From Elusimicrobiota bacterium (lineage in GTDB: Bacteria > CG03 > SLGR01), in the NCBI GenBank assembly GCA_003553445.1, contig PWEK01000017.1:89-64088 (forward strand): a stretch of 64,000 nucleotides of DNA, read 5' to 3'. Shown piece by piece: positions 9,489 to 18,950 of this stretch. The notes under the pieces were generated by a model. That model was not told the DNA's origin. It saw only the letters and a program-made list of their open reading frames with translations, and did no database searches. Within the stretch, counting starts at the first letter, position 1; every line of letters starts with the position of its first letter. Position numbers and translations under genes: made by a program.

Positions 9489-9837
9489 TATTTTTTTTAT
9501 ATTTAGTCAATAAGTCAATTACCTTGCCGGAGAGTGCGAAAGAGATTAAATATCCGGCAAATCCAATCACAATCAACTGAAGAATCTGCTGACTGAGAAG
9601 CCCAAAGTAACGCATTATCCCCACCCCGAGCGGAACAAACAATAAAACAAGATTATCAAGAAAAAGACTTCCCGCCTCATTAACATCATCCAGCTTTAGC
9701 GCCCCCGAAGCCAGCAGTACAAATAATATAATCATCCCAAAAATATTTCCCGGAAGCCCTACAGGTACATAATGAGATAAAATATCCCCCGCAAAAAGAC
9801 ACCCGAATAGTATAACCATTCCTTTTATTAATTTCAT
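9478..9837 (-). CDS. lrgA: LrgA/CidA-family holin-like membrane protein
   Basis: 119 aa with 4 TM segments. Motifs LPGNIFGMIILFVLL and LLFVPLGVGIM are typical of CidA/LrgA. Confidence 0.8.
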   Translation of the reverse strand: MKLIKGMVILFGCLFAGDILSHYVPVGLPGNIFGMIILFVLLASGALKLDDVNEAGSLFLDNLVLLFVPLGVGIMRYFGLLSQQILQLIVIGFAGYLISFALSGKVIDLLTKYKKNNAG

Positions 9838-9840
9838 AAA

Positions 9841-10839
9841 TTAACCGCTGTTTCTGAGGTATTCCTCAGTGAATTTTATAACCTTATTCATCATATCCAC
9901 TGTCTTCACCGGGTTTTTGCCAATAGATGTTTCCCCCGAAAGCATTACATAATCACTTCCGTCAATTATTGCATTAGCCACATCGCTTACCTCGGCCCTG
10001 GTCGGAGTCTCATTTTCAGTCATGCTGTCAAGCATCTGGGTAGCTGTGATTACAGGCTTCAAGGCGCGGTTGCATTTTTTTATGATCATTTTCTGCATCA
10101 CGGGTATCTCATACACCGGGAGGGAGATGCCCATATCCCCCCTTGCTATCATAATACCGTCTGAGGCTTCAATTATACTGTCTATGTTTTTTATTCCTCC
10201 CCTGCATTCTATTTTGGCGATTACACCACATTCGGATTCTTCCCCCAATTCTTTTTTCACATCAGCAACATCGCCTTTATCTTTCACAAAAGACTGCGCA
10301 ACATAATCAATCTTATGCTCCCTGCAGAACCTTATATCTCTTCTGTCTTTATCGCTCAATCCGCCGAAATCAAGGTCTGCTTCAGGGATATTTACGCCCT
10401 TGTTTTCCTTTAAAATGCCTCCTTTTACAACCCTGGTTTCCATGATGCTTTCGGAGACTTCCGTAACCTCAAGACATATTTTCCCGTCATCTATAAATAT
10501 ATTATTTCCCTTCTTTATGTTTTCCATAGGCCCCGGATAATCAATAGATATCTCTTTTTCGGTTCCCTTCTTTTCTTTACCGGAGACCCTGAGAATCATG
10601 TTTTTACGAAGCTCAATCTCTCCCTCAAGCTCACCAACCCTTATTCTGTGCCCCTGTAAATCCCCGATTATATCCACCTCCAAATCTCTCAGGATTTGTA
10701 TTAAACGGGAAAATTCCTCATGGTTTCCGTGGGAAAAATTCAACCTCCCGGCATCCATGCCCGAATGAGTCATTTTCTTTAAAGCTTTCCTTGAAAACGA
10801 GGCAGGGCCGATAGTAGCTATTATTTTCGTTTTTTTCAT
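9841..10839 (-). CDS. pyk: Pyruvate kinase, short form lacking the C-terminal effector domain
   Basis: MKKTKIIATIGPAS, RLNFSHGNHEE, DLQGHRIRVG, MIARGDMGI, MLSGETSIGKNP are canonical pyruvate kinase A/B-domain motifs. The ORF is only 332 aa and ends just after the A domain. Confidence 0.85.
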   Translation of the reverse strand: MKKTKIIATIGPASFSRKALKKMTHSGMDAGRLNFSHGNHEEFSRLIQILRDLEVDIIGDLQGHRIRVGELEGEIELRKNMILRVSGKEKKGTEKEISIDYPGPMENIKKGNNIFIDDGKICLEVTEVSESIMETRVVKGGILKENKGVNIPEADLDFGGLSDKDRRDIRFCREHKIDYVAQSFVKDKGDVADVKKELGEESECGVIAKIECRGGIKNIDSIIEASDGIMIARGDMGISLPVYEIPVMQKMIIKKCNRALKPVITATQMLDSMTENETPTRAEVSDVANAIIDGSDYVMLSGETSIGKNPVKTVDMMNKVIKFTEEYLRNSG

Positions 10840-10840
10840 T

Positions 10841-11902
10841 CTACACCCTGCCTTTTATCTTTCCGTCTCTTGATAAGAGGCGGGCTATCCACCTTGTTTG
10901 CTCGAAATTATAAAGAATTATCATTATTATAACCGTAATTGGAACCGATAAAAACATGCCGACAAGACCCCATATAGCCCCCCAGAAAACCAATGAAAAT
11001 ATTATCACAAGCGGGCTCACGTTGAGCGACTTGCCCATAAGAGCCGGCTCTATTAAATTGCCGATCGTGAACTGCATTGCGCCAATACCGAAAAGAATTA
11101 TAAAAAAGGGCCCGTAAACATCAAACTGCAAAAGCGCAAGCAGCGCCGGCAGCGTAGTCGCCGCAATTGATCCTACATTCGGTATGTAATTAAACACAAA
11201 TATCAAAAAGGCCCAGAACTCAGCTAATTCAAGCCCGACCGCTTTCATTACTATCCAGGAACCAAGGGCCGTAACACAGCTTACAAGCGTCTTAACTCCC
11301 ACATAACGCTTAATATCCCTGTCTATCTGCAAAATTAGATTTTCAAACCACTCTTTTCTGTCGCTGTGACCTGCCGCCATGTTAATCTTATTGCCAAAAT
11401 ATTTCTGCTCGAGAAAGAGAAATATCATATAAATTATAATTAAACCTACATTACCCATAATGCCTGCAAATTCACTTGCAACTCTCTGCATGAATGTCCC
11501 TATGTCAAGCTCCGTTGTTAAACGAGTAACTATGGGCAGGTCTTCAAGCTCTATTCCAAAGGGCAAGTCATGCATTATTTTTTCAAGATTTTCCTGGTAC
11601 ATTGGAGCAATCCTGACAATCCGCGAAACGCTTGTTGTAAATATTTCGGCTACAAAATTTAATGCAACCGCAAAACCCAGGAGTATCAATATCAGGCGCA
11701 GCCAGCGAGGAAGCTGATAATCCCTGACCTTAATGGTGGAGATGATGTGATCAACCGTATTTATCAAGTACCATATTAGAGCCGCAAGAACCAGCGGTAT
11801 AAGCAAACTGTCAGCCACAATAAGAACTGTTACTATAATTGCAGCGACCATCCCCCATGCTGCCGCTACCAGAACTTTTGGATATTTACTTTTCTTTTCC
11901 AT
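10841..11902 (-). CDS. AI-2E family transporter (PerM/UPF0118)
   Basis: 353 aa with ~8 TM segments. Overall pattern and the C-terminal WGLVGMFLSVPITV are typical of the family. 1-nt gap to pyk. Confidence 0.75.
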   Translation of the reverse strand: MEKKSKYPKVLVAAAWGMVAAIIVTVLIVADSLLIPLVLAALIWYLINTVDHIISTIKVRDYQLPRWLRLILILLGFAVALNFVAEIFTTSVSRIVRIAPMYQENLEKIMHDLPFGIELEDLPIVTRLTTELDIGTFMQRVASEFAGIMGNVGLIIIYMIFLFLEQKYFGNKINMAAGHSDRKEWFENLILQIDRDIKRYVGVKTLVSCVTALGSWIVMKAVGLELAEFWAFLIFVFNYIPNVGSIAATTLPALLALLQFDVYGPFFIILFGIGAMQFTIGNLIEPALMGKSLNVSPLVIIFSLVFWGAIWGLVGMFLSVPITVIIMIILYNFEQTRWIARLLSRDGKIKGRV

Positions 11903-11990
11903 ATAATCTCCAAAGACATTTTAATAATACTAAAATGACGTTTACCGTTCAAGCTTAATCTTTTTTTTTGTCTTATTATACTGGCTGGTT

Positions 11991-12926
11991 TTAGTGTATT
12001 CTGAATCTTACTCCGGCATCAATCCTGTGATTTATGGTGTCCAGATTTCCGCCGCCGGAAAAAGAGTAATTTACAAGTATCTGTCCGCCCCAGTTGGAGA
12101 GCTCGGGATGTTCTGTGCTAAGGCTCGTTCCCAGGGAGTATACTCCCCCTCCCTGCGTGCTTTTCCACCCGGCCTGCACACTCAATTCTTCAATGACATA
12201 AACTTCCGATCCTAAATGAATATTGCTTCCCTTACTGTTGTTTTCAAGGTCCAACCCCAGCGTGAAAAACTCCGGTATTTTATATGCCGCGCCTATCCTG
12301 TATGTAGTAGGCATATCCACATCTATTTCTTCAAGAGTAAATGTTCCCAGGTTGTTTAAGGACGCCCCCAGCTGAATCTCCTCTGTCGCCATGTAAAGCG
12401 CGCCTAGGTCTGCGCTGAAACCCGTTCCGCTGTAATCATCAAGCTTTTCCAGAAGCAGCTTAAGGTTCGTTCCTACTGCAAAAGAATCAAATTTCTTACC
12501 GAAATTCAAACCCACAGCAAGATCGTAGTAGCTTATATCTCCATCCCTGTTGCCATACTCATCATAGGCTTTCAAACCGCTTACCGTGAAATAGTCTAAG
12601 CTTGCGCCCCTGAGAAATATATGGTCACCGAAATCATCCGGTAAAATTACAACCGTGGATATTTTCTTAGCCCCTTCCACCCAGTCGGCATATGCGCTGG
12701 ATACAAGAAAATTCTCTCCCTGGTATCTGGCCACCCCTGCCGGGTTATAGAAAAACGCTCCCGCATCTTCCGCTATCGCGGTATATGCTCCCCCCATGCT
12801 CTCCGCCCTGGCAAAAACAGGTAACCTGAGATACTGCTTTCCGTCAGCATATGAAGCCGTATTAAGTAAAGTCATTAATAAGAATAAGTAAATAAAGCTT
12901 TTGTAGTGTTTTTTTATAAAAGTCAT
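11991..12926 (-). CDS. PorV/PorQ-family outer-membrane beta-barrel (T9SS-associated)
   Basis: Signal peptide, then LRLPVFARAESMGGAYTAIAEDAGAFFYNPAGVA (the N-terminal signature I associate with the PorV/PorQ family). Alternating beta-strand pattern throughout. The start overlaps the upstream stop (ATGA). Confidence 0.6.
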   Translation of the reverse strand: MTFIKKHYKSFIYLFLLMTLLNTASYADGKQYLRLPVFARAESMGGAYTAIAEDAGAFFYNPAGVARYQGENFLVSSAYADWVEGAKKISTVVILPDDFGDHIFLRGASLDYFTVSGLKAYDEYGNRDGDISYYDLAVGLNFGKKFDSFAVGTNLKLLLEKLDDYSGTGFSADLGALYMATEEIQLGASLNNLGTFTLEEIDVDMPTTYRIGAAYKIPEFFTLGLDLENNSKGSNIHLGSEVYVIEELSVQAGWKSTQGGGVYSLGTSLSTEHPELSNWGGQILVNYSFSGGGNLDTINHRIDAGVRFRIH

Positions 12927-14839
12927 TCTACAATCACCAATCTTTCTATAGAGTCTACCGACTCATCAGAATTTTCAACTGTGACCCTGTAGAAATATAC
13001 TCCGGGAGGCTGGCCGTCAAAATTCCAGGTGAAAATTTCTTTCTCTTCCCCTTTTTCTCCATTACCTATATTTCTGCTGTCACTGTGAACCTCTTCCTGC
13101 ATTATGTTGAAAACTTCCAGATCAACACTATATTCTCCATCAAAGGGCTCATCAAAAGCAATCTTTATAATCCCGCCGCTCGCGGGCTGGGGATACGCCT
13201 TCAGCGAATCATCAAGCACATCCTGCGGGTCTTCTTCTTCGGGAAGGATATCCGGTATATCAATACGAAAATAGTATTCTCTTTCCGTATCATTTCCTTC
13301 AACATTCACAGCCGATATGGATAACCTATAACTTCCGTTTGCCCTAAGCCCATCTTCAAATTCTTTCACATATGTAGGATTCATTGAAGATACATCAACA
13401 TCAGAATCCGTAATTTCATATTCAACCAGGTTGGGATCTCTCAGCTTAATCTCAGTCTCTTCATCATCTATCCCAAAGTCATCTTTCAGCTCAACTGTAA
13501 CTTCATATACCGGTTCTTCATGCAGAGAACCATTTGAGGGAAATGTGGCAACTATTTCGGGCTCCCCTTCTTCCGGCTCAGGATCATCCGGGTCTTCCCT
13601 CTCATAATCCCGGTCAACCGCCAGTGAGGTGGTATGATTTTTCTCAATCCTGTCCCCGAAAGAATTTCTCCCGGTTATTGCTATCTCATATACCCCGCCT
13701 TCTACCAAATCCCCGGCATCATCCCTGCCGTCCCACTGCACAGCCACATTCCCGGCGGGCTTCCATGCATCAACAACCGACAATATTCTTCCGCTGTCAA
13801 CCCCCCTATCTTCATCATCGCCGTCTACAGGCAATGGATATCCTTCATAATAGGTATACTCCTCGTCCAAATACTGAAGGATTCCGCCCGAATCAGCTTC
13901 AATAAACTCGGTGCCCGGCTCACAAATTAAAATTTTTATCTCGGAATCGTGGTTGGTTCTAAATGAAATATCAGATATGCCTGTTTCACCTAAAATGCCC
14001 GATGCAACAACTTCTGCGTACCTTGGGTCAGGTATGACAATTGGCCGGAATCCGGTGTCCCTTTTTTCGCCCAGACGATATGCCTCAAAAAAAACATCGT
14101 ACTCTCCTGGAGGGAGCAGGTTGCCGTCATCGTCTTTCCAGTCCCATTCAAGATCTATTGTCTGCCCCATATCCCTGGGCCAATAAGTATCCTTCTCAAA
14201 TGTGCGCAAGGGCTCTATACCCTCTTCCTTGGGGTTTATGTAAAATCCATGCTCGTCCCTGGTAGTCCCATCAGTGACGGATGTTCGCCTGAAGTCCTTA
14301 ACCTCATGCCCGCAGTATATTTCAGCGCGAACCTGCCCGTAGTACTGGACATTAAAAGGAATGTACCATTTCTGGCCGAAGCCCCAGTATTCGCCGTCGT
14401 CGTCAAACTCAGCGTAGTTGTAGTACATAAACGGATTTCTAAAAGTGCAGGACACAGCTGTCTTACCCCCCTCATCGACGGCTTCGACTCTGTATCTGTG
14501 GGTTCCGTAATTATCCTCTTCATAAACAATGGGAATACTCCGTACTCCGGATCCGGTCACTCTATGCGATGTCTCTTCCATCAAAACAGTGACAACATCT
14601 TCTGGAATCCCGGTATATCCGAAATCTCTTTTTACAGTATATGTTACTGTGCCTGAAGAATCCGGAAGCTCGGTCCACTCCAGGTCAAGAGCGCGACTTT
14701 CAAAATCCCAGCTTCCCGAAAGCCCTAAGCCCTGGTCTTGAGATAAGGCATCTGTGTTAAAAAGAAGGAGGCAGGCAACTATCCCTGAGGCGGTGAGCAA
14801 AACTTTTTTGACTGTTTGTAAATTAGATAAATAACTCAT
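12923..14839 (-). CDS. Secreted acidic protein with FlgD-Ig-like repeats and a T9SS-type C-terminal sorting domain
   Basis: Preferred start is ATG 14839 (MSYLSNLQTVKKVLLTASGIVACLLLFNTDALS signal). Internal motifs DLEWDWKDDDGNLLPPGEYDV and VQWDGRDDAGDLVEGGVYEI are FlgD-Ig-like. The C-terminus FTWNFDGQPPGVYFYRVTVENSDESVDSIERLVIVE is Por_Secre_tail-like. Confidence 0.65.
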   Translation of the reverse strand: MSYLSNLQTVKKVLLTASGIVACLLLFNTDALSQDQGLGLSGSWDFESRALDLEWTELPDSSGTVTYTVKRDFGYTGIPEDVVTVLMEETSHRVTGSGVRSIPIVYEEDNYGTHRYRVEAVDEGGKTAVSCTFRNPFMYYNYAEFDDDGEYWGFGQKWYIPFNVQYYGQVRAEIYCGHEVKDFRRTSVTDGTTRDEHGFYINPKEEGIEPLRTFEKDTYWPRDMGQTIDLEWDWKDDDGNLLPPGEYDVFFEAYRLGEKRDTGFRPIVIPDPRYAEVVASGILGETGISDISFRTNHDSEIKILICEPGTEFIEADSGGILQYLDEEYTYYEGYPLPVDGDDEDRGVDSGRILSVVDAWKPAGNVAVQWDGRDDAGDLVEGGVYEIAITGRNSFGDRIEKNHTTSLAVDRDYEREDPDDPEPEEGEPEIVATFPSNGSLHEEPVYEVTVELKDDFGIDDEETEIKLRDPNLVEYEITDSDVDVSSMNPTYVKEFEDGLRANGSYRLSISAVNVEGNDTEREYYFRIDIPDILPEEEDPQDVLDDSLKAYPQPASGGIIKIAFDEPFDGEYSVDLEVFNIMQEEVHSDSRNIGNGEKGEEKEIFTWNFDGQPPGVYFYRVTVENSDESVDSIERLVIVE

Positions 14840-14968
14840 TTCTTTTCCGTACATATCAAATTTAATTGAAAAAATTATGTTTGTCAAGGTTTGTTTTTAA
14901 ATGCGGGTTTTTTTGCACGAAAATGATGAGAAGCCGATAAACTTAAGAGCGCTGCTGTTTAGCTTAAG

Positions 14969-16045
14969 CTATAAGCTGATACCGATTTTTTTTACCGCTT
15001 TGGTAAATATATTCAAAATCCCCTTTTTACTGTAATCTTCAGTATTATCCGTAGCTGAAGGCTTTTTATCTGATATATAGACATAATCATTTCTTTTGGC
15101 TCTCCGGAGGAAACTGTTATCTGTCAGCACAGAATGAAGGAATGAACTGTATTTTTTCCTAATTTCTTCAATGCTTCCGTGTTTTTCAAGGTAAACCTTC
15201 ATGTCGTTAAACAGCTCGGATCCATTTTGGTATCTGCTTGAAGGCTTCTCTTTAAGAAGCCGTTTTATAATATTAATCAACCCTTTTTCATTATACTCAT
15301 TATGAAGGAGGTTAAAATCGATTTTGGCGTTTTTTGCTTTTTTCCACTTCTTCATATCGCTTCCCCCGCCGTAAGCCTTCTCTCCTGCTATAAGCTCATA
15401 AAGAATCAACCCGCAGCAGTACAAATCGGAGCGGGCATCAATTTCCCTGCATCTTGCCTGCTCAGGAGACATATATGAAACCTTACCCTGAATTTTATTC
15501 TGTTTGACAGAAGAGTTTCCTATTTTTGCAATGCCGAAATCCGTAAGCTTTACCCTGCCGTCATAATACAGCATTATATTTCCCGGTGAAATATCTCTGT
15601 GAACAATATCAAGCGTATCTCCGGTCAGGTTATCCCTGAAGTTGTGCGCATAATCCAGAGCTTTTACAATTTCCGCCATTATATGAAGTGCTATCACCGG
15701 CGGTATGGAAATGTTCTGCTGTCTGCAGCGTTTTAAAAGAAACTCCAGATCCACGCCGTTTACATAATCCATAATCATATAATATTCCCTGCCTTCACGG
15801 ATTAAATTTACAACCCTGACAATATTTTCATGCTCCAGCTTTGCGGTATTGACGGCTTCTTCATAAATCATCCCCTCAAACCTGGGGTCTTCTGCCTTAT
15901 CGCTGTGTATTTTTTTAATCGCAAAATACTTATTAAGCACCCTGTCCCATGCTTTATAGACAGTGGCCGCGCCGCCTTCCCCAACAATTTTTTCTATATC
16001 ATACCTTAACTCTATGTCTGTTTTTTTTGCTGAAACATAGTTCAT
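14969..16045 (-). CDS. Ser/Thr protein kinase (Hanks type), soluble
   Basis: GEGGAATVYKA..AIKK (Gly loop / VAIK Lys), HRDISPGNIM, DFG, SYMSPEQ (APE-like). 358 aa. Confidence 0.85.
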   Translation of the reverse strand: MNYVSAKKTDIELRYDIEKIVGEGGAATVYKAWDRVLNKYFAIKKIHSDKAEDPRFEGMIYEEAVNTAKLEHENIVRVVNLIREGREYYMIMDYVNGVDLEFLLKRCRQQNISIPPVIALHIMAEIVKALDYAHNFRDNLTGDTLDIVHRDISPGNIMLYYDGRVKLTDFGIAKIGNSSVKQNKIQGKVSYMSPEQARCREIDARSDLYCCGLILYELIAGEKAYGGGSDMKKWKKAKNAKIDFNLLHNEYNEKGLINIIKRLLKEKPSSRYQNGSELFNDMKVYLEKHGSIEEIRKKYSSFLHSVLTDNSFLRRAKRNDYVYISDKKPSATDNTEDYSKKGILNIFTKAVKKIGISL

Positions 16046-16200
16046 TATGAACAGTCTCCTAAAACTGAGAAATCAAATTGTCTCATTTTCGTAATCATTA
16101 AAATAAAAATTTATCGTCGCTGGTAAAACTAATGTAAACGTTATCATTTGTATAATATAAAAAACAGGGCCAGTTGGCAAATTTCCCCATAAATAATGTG

Positions 16201-17337
16201 TTATAACAGAATCAGGAATATAAGTATCAGGGCAATCAGTATCGAGGCATCCAAAACAGCATCAACAGCAGATTCTTCTTCCTCTTTTTCTCCCCCTTTT
16301 GCTGCAAGTTTTCTTTTATATTTGACCGGGTTGTTTATATTTGTGCTTTCTTCGTGAAACCGCTTGTCTATTTCGTTCTGGCCCTCCCTTTTTCCGGCAT
16401 CCGAGAGCTCCTTAGTTAAAGATAATTTGAGAAAGTTCTTATACTCCTTTTTAATATCCTCATAGCCGCCGTATTTCATAAAATACCTTTTTAAGTCTAT
16501 AAAAAGCTCTACAGCGCTCTGATACCTGGCGGCCGGGTTTTCCTTAAGAAGCCTTTTAATAATAGCTCTCAGGTACCTGCTTTTACACCTTTGCTGAAGC
16601 AACTCATAATCTATCTCAACTTTCTTTGCCTTTTCCCATTTCTCCATATTTGAATTTCCCGCATAGACCTTTTTACCGGTAATAAGCTCATACAGTATAA
16701 GGCCGCAGCAGAAAAGGTCCGCCCTCAAATCCACGCTTCCTCCCCTTGCCTGTTCGGGAGACATGTATGAAACCTTTCCGGCGATTTTCCTGTTCTTCAC
16801 CCTTTTTCGGCCCATCTGAACTATGCCGAAATCGGCCAGTTTAACCCTGCCGTCATAATAAAGCATTATATTTCCGGGAGAGACATCGCGGTGAACTATA
16901 TTCAGATACCTACCCGTGTTTTTATCTTTGAGCTTGTGAGCATAATCAAGGGCTTTAACCACCTCTCCAATTATATGAAAAGCAACAAGGGGGGGTATGG
17001 AAATATCCAGAACCCTGCATCTTTTTATAAGGTAATCAAGATCAACCCCATCGACATAATCCATAACAATATAATAGCTTTCATCTTCTTCAATAAAATT
17101 AACAACCCGAACAATATTTTCATGTTCAAGCCTGGCCGTATTTACCGCTTCCCTTTTAAACATCTCGATGAAATTTTTATTTTCTGCGTACTTGTCATGT
17201 ATTTTTTTTAAGGCGACATCCTTGTTAAGAACCCTGTCCCGGGCTTTGTACACGGTAGCGATACCGCCGGATCCTATCTTCCGCCTTATATCATACCTGA
17301 CATCCACTATTTTATTTTTAGATTTTAATGTTTTCAT
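16201..17337 (-). CDS. Ser/Thr protein kinase (Hanks type), paralogue with C-terminal membrane anchor
   Basis: GSGGIATVYKA..ALKK, HRDVSPGNIM, DFG, SYMSPEQ. The C-terminal hydrophobic tail is ASILIALILIFLILL. 378 aa. Confidence 0.85.
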   Translation of the reverse strand: MKTLKSKNKIVDVRYDIRRKIGSGGIATVYKARDRVLNKDVALKKIHDKYAENKNFIEMFKREAVNTARLEHENIVRVVNFIEEDESYYIVMDYVDGVDLDYLIKRCRVLDISIPPLVAFHIIGEVVKALDYAHKLKDKNTGRYLNIVHRDVSPGNIMLYYDGRVKLADFGIVQMGRKRVKNRKIAGKVSYMSPEQARGGSVDLRADLFCCGLILYELITGKKVYAGNSNMEKWEKAKKVEIDYELLQQRCKSRYLRAIIKRLLKENPAARYQSAVELFIDLKRYFMKYGGYEDIKKEYKNFLKLSLTKELSDAGKREGQNEIDKRFHEESTNINNPVKYKRKLAAKGGEKEEEESAVDAVLDASILIALILIFLILL

Positions 17338-17665
17338 ATATTCATATTATTTTAAATTCCCGCCTTGATTATATTAAATAAGGAAATAAGCCGCAACAAC
17401 ATATTCCGTGCCGGACATACGTGATGCGGGTTACCTGTTATTGGCCCTGATAATAAAGCGCTTTTTTACCCCTAAGGTTATGTCCGGAAGAACATTTTAT
17501 TCGGTTTATATAGCTCTATACCTACATTATACCGCTATTATATGAAAATGATGAGTAATTACTGTAAAAAATATGTGAAATATAGTTTATTATTACCCGC
17601 TATAAAAAAAATGTGTGAAGCAGTTTATCTGCTATAGCATGAGGTAAATGCTTAATTACTGTTAT

Positions 17666-18598
17666 TCAGTCAGCCTCTTCGGTCAGGCCTATATGTATTT
17701 CCGAATAACCTTCATACACGCTGCTCGGCTCAATTGTTATGTGGGCCTGCGCTCTGTCTGCATGGGCTTCTATAAACTCCCTGTCTTCCACCCTGGCTTT
17801 CTGGGATATACTCCAATTTCCCTTTTCCATTTCATTTTCGTAGTACTCTACAACTTCATCTCTTGCTGCTTTAACTGCATAAGCAACATCGTAAAAAAAT
17901 TCATCACCGTCACTTCCGGACATAAAAGATATGCGAACTCCTTCCGGAAAAAGCGGAAAATTATCAGGGTCCTCTCCTTCTACTTCTTCAGGTTCCCTCT
18001 TAACCTCTTGCTGCTTTTCAGCATCCACCTGAGATAGGCTCTCGCGCCAAACCGCGCCTATTGTTTCATCGTTATACCTGCTGACAAAAACACTGATTCT
18101 TTCATCCCCCCGCTGCATCCTTGCGGCCTTCATGTCCTGTAAATATTTGGAAAAATGCCCTAACTGGCCGGGGGCATCAGAGACCGATTCAAACTCTTCC
18201 AGAAAAACCCATCCCTCTTCGCTGAAATAGTCTACAAATTTATTATACTTTTCATCGACCGGGGTGTCGGAACTGGATATTTTCAATCTCCCTTGCGCTT
18301 CCGGAATTTCTATTCTGTACGCCCTGTCTGTAAATTCGGCAGGAAGACCTGAATCTATCTCTTCCCCCATGAAACTGGCAATAGTATCAATCTCCACCCC
18401 GGCGATATTCATGGCACGGGGAAGTATCTTGTAGCGGTTAAAATAGCCATACACAAAAACTCCCAGTAGAATTACTGAAAAAACAGCGAAAATTATAAGG
18501 CATCCGGAGAAGCACCCTTTTTTCTTTGATTCCTTACCCCCGGTTTGCCTTTTCTGAGAAACCTCTTCCTCTCTTTTTCCCCTATTTTCTTCCGTCAT
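17666..18598 (-). CDS. Hypothetical membrane-anchored acidic protein
   Basis: 310-aa ORF. Basic N-terminus, one TM (CLIIFAVFSVILLGVFVYGYF), then two similar alpha/beta-looking halves (FVDYFSEEGWVFL.. and VVEYYENEMEKGNWSI..). I recognise no family. Confidence 0.5.
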   Translation of the reverse strand: MTEENRGKREEEVSQKRQTGGKESKKKGCFSGCLIIFAVFSVILLGVFVYGYFNRYKILPRAMNIAGVEIDTIASFMGEEIDSGLPAEFTDRAYRIEIPEAQGRLKISSSDTPVDEKYNKFVDYFSEEGWVFLEEFESVSDAPGQLGHFSKYLQDMKAARMQRGDERISVFVSRYNDETIGAVWRESLSQVDAEKQQEVKREPEEVEGEDPDNFPLFPEGVRISFMSGSDGDEFFYDVAYAVKAARDEVVEYYENEMEKGNWSISQKARVEDREFIEAHADRAQAHITIEPSSVYEGYSEIHIGLTEEAD

Positions 18599-18609
18599 AT
18601 TATTCTCCT

Positions 18610-18819
18610 TTATTTTTTCTTTAGATCATCCCTGGAAAGAAGCGAAAGAAGCAACCCTGCCGAAAACCCTCCGACCGCCGCTATGATAATAATCACAACA
18701 ACGGGAACATCTGCCGACATCCAGAGAAAACGCGCGCTGACATGGCCGGTATTTTGGATAATAAATGCAATAAGTGCAAGACAAAGAATCAGAACAGCTG
18801 AAATTTTTAGTTTCTTCAT
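18610..18819 (-). CDS. LapA-domain (DUF1049-like) small inner-membrane protein
   Basis: 69 aa with two TM helices separated by the loop NTGHVSARFLWMSADVP. Size and topology fit LapA-domain proteins. Confidence 0.55.
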   Translation of the reverse strand: MKKLKISAVLILCLALIAFIIQNTGHVSARFLWMSADVPVVVIIIIAAVGGFSAGLLLSLLSRDDLKKK

Positions 18820-18950
18820 TTTGATGCTCCTTTGGAATTCAAAATATGATTAATTATATAAAATTTCAGCGGAATTTAAAATAGCCCGACACCAATTCAT
18901 ATCGCCAAAACCATACTGCTTTTTTGTCAAATTGGTTTTATCTATTGTTT

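Noticed and set aside
14960-14971. Perfect 12-bp palindrome tagcttaagcta at the 3' end of the first kinase gene
   Set aside because: It overlaps the stop codon, has no loop and no T-tract, and is AT-rich. It is most likely chance.
16046-16200. T-run (ctgtttttta on the reverse strand) after the second kinase as an intrinsic terminator
   Set aside because: The only preceding stem I could draw (GCC-AACU-GGC) is 3 bp, too weak to call.
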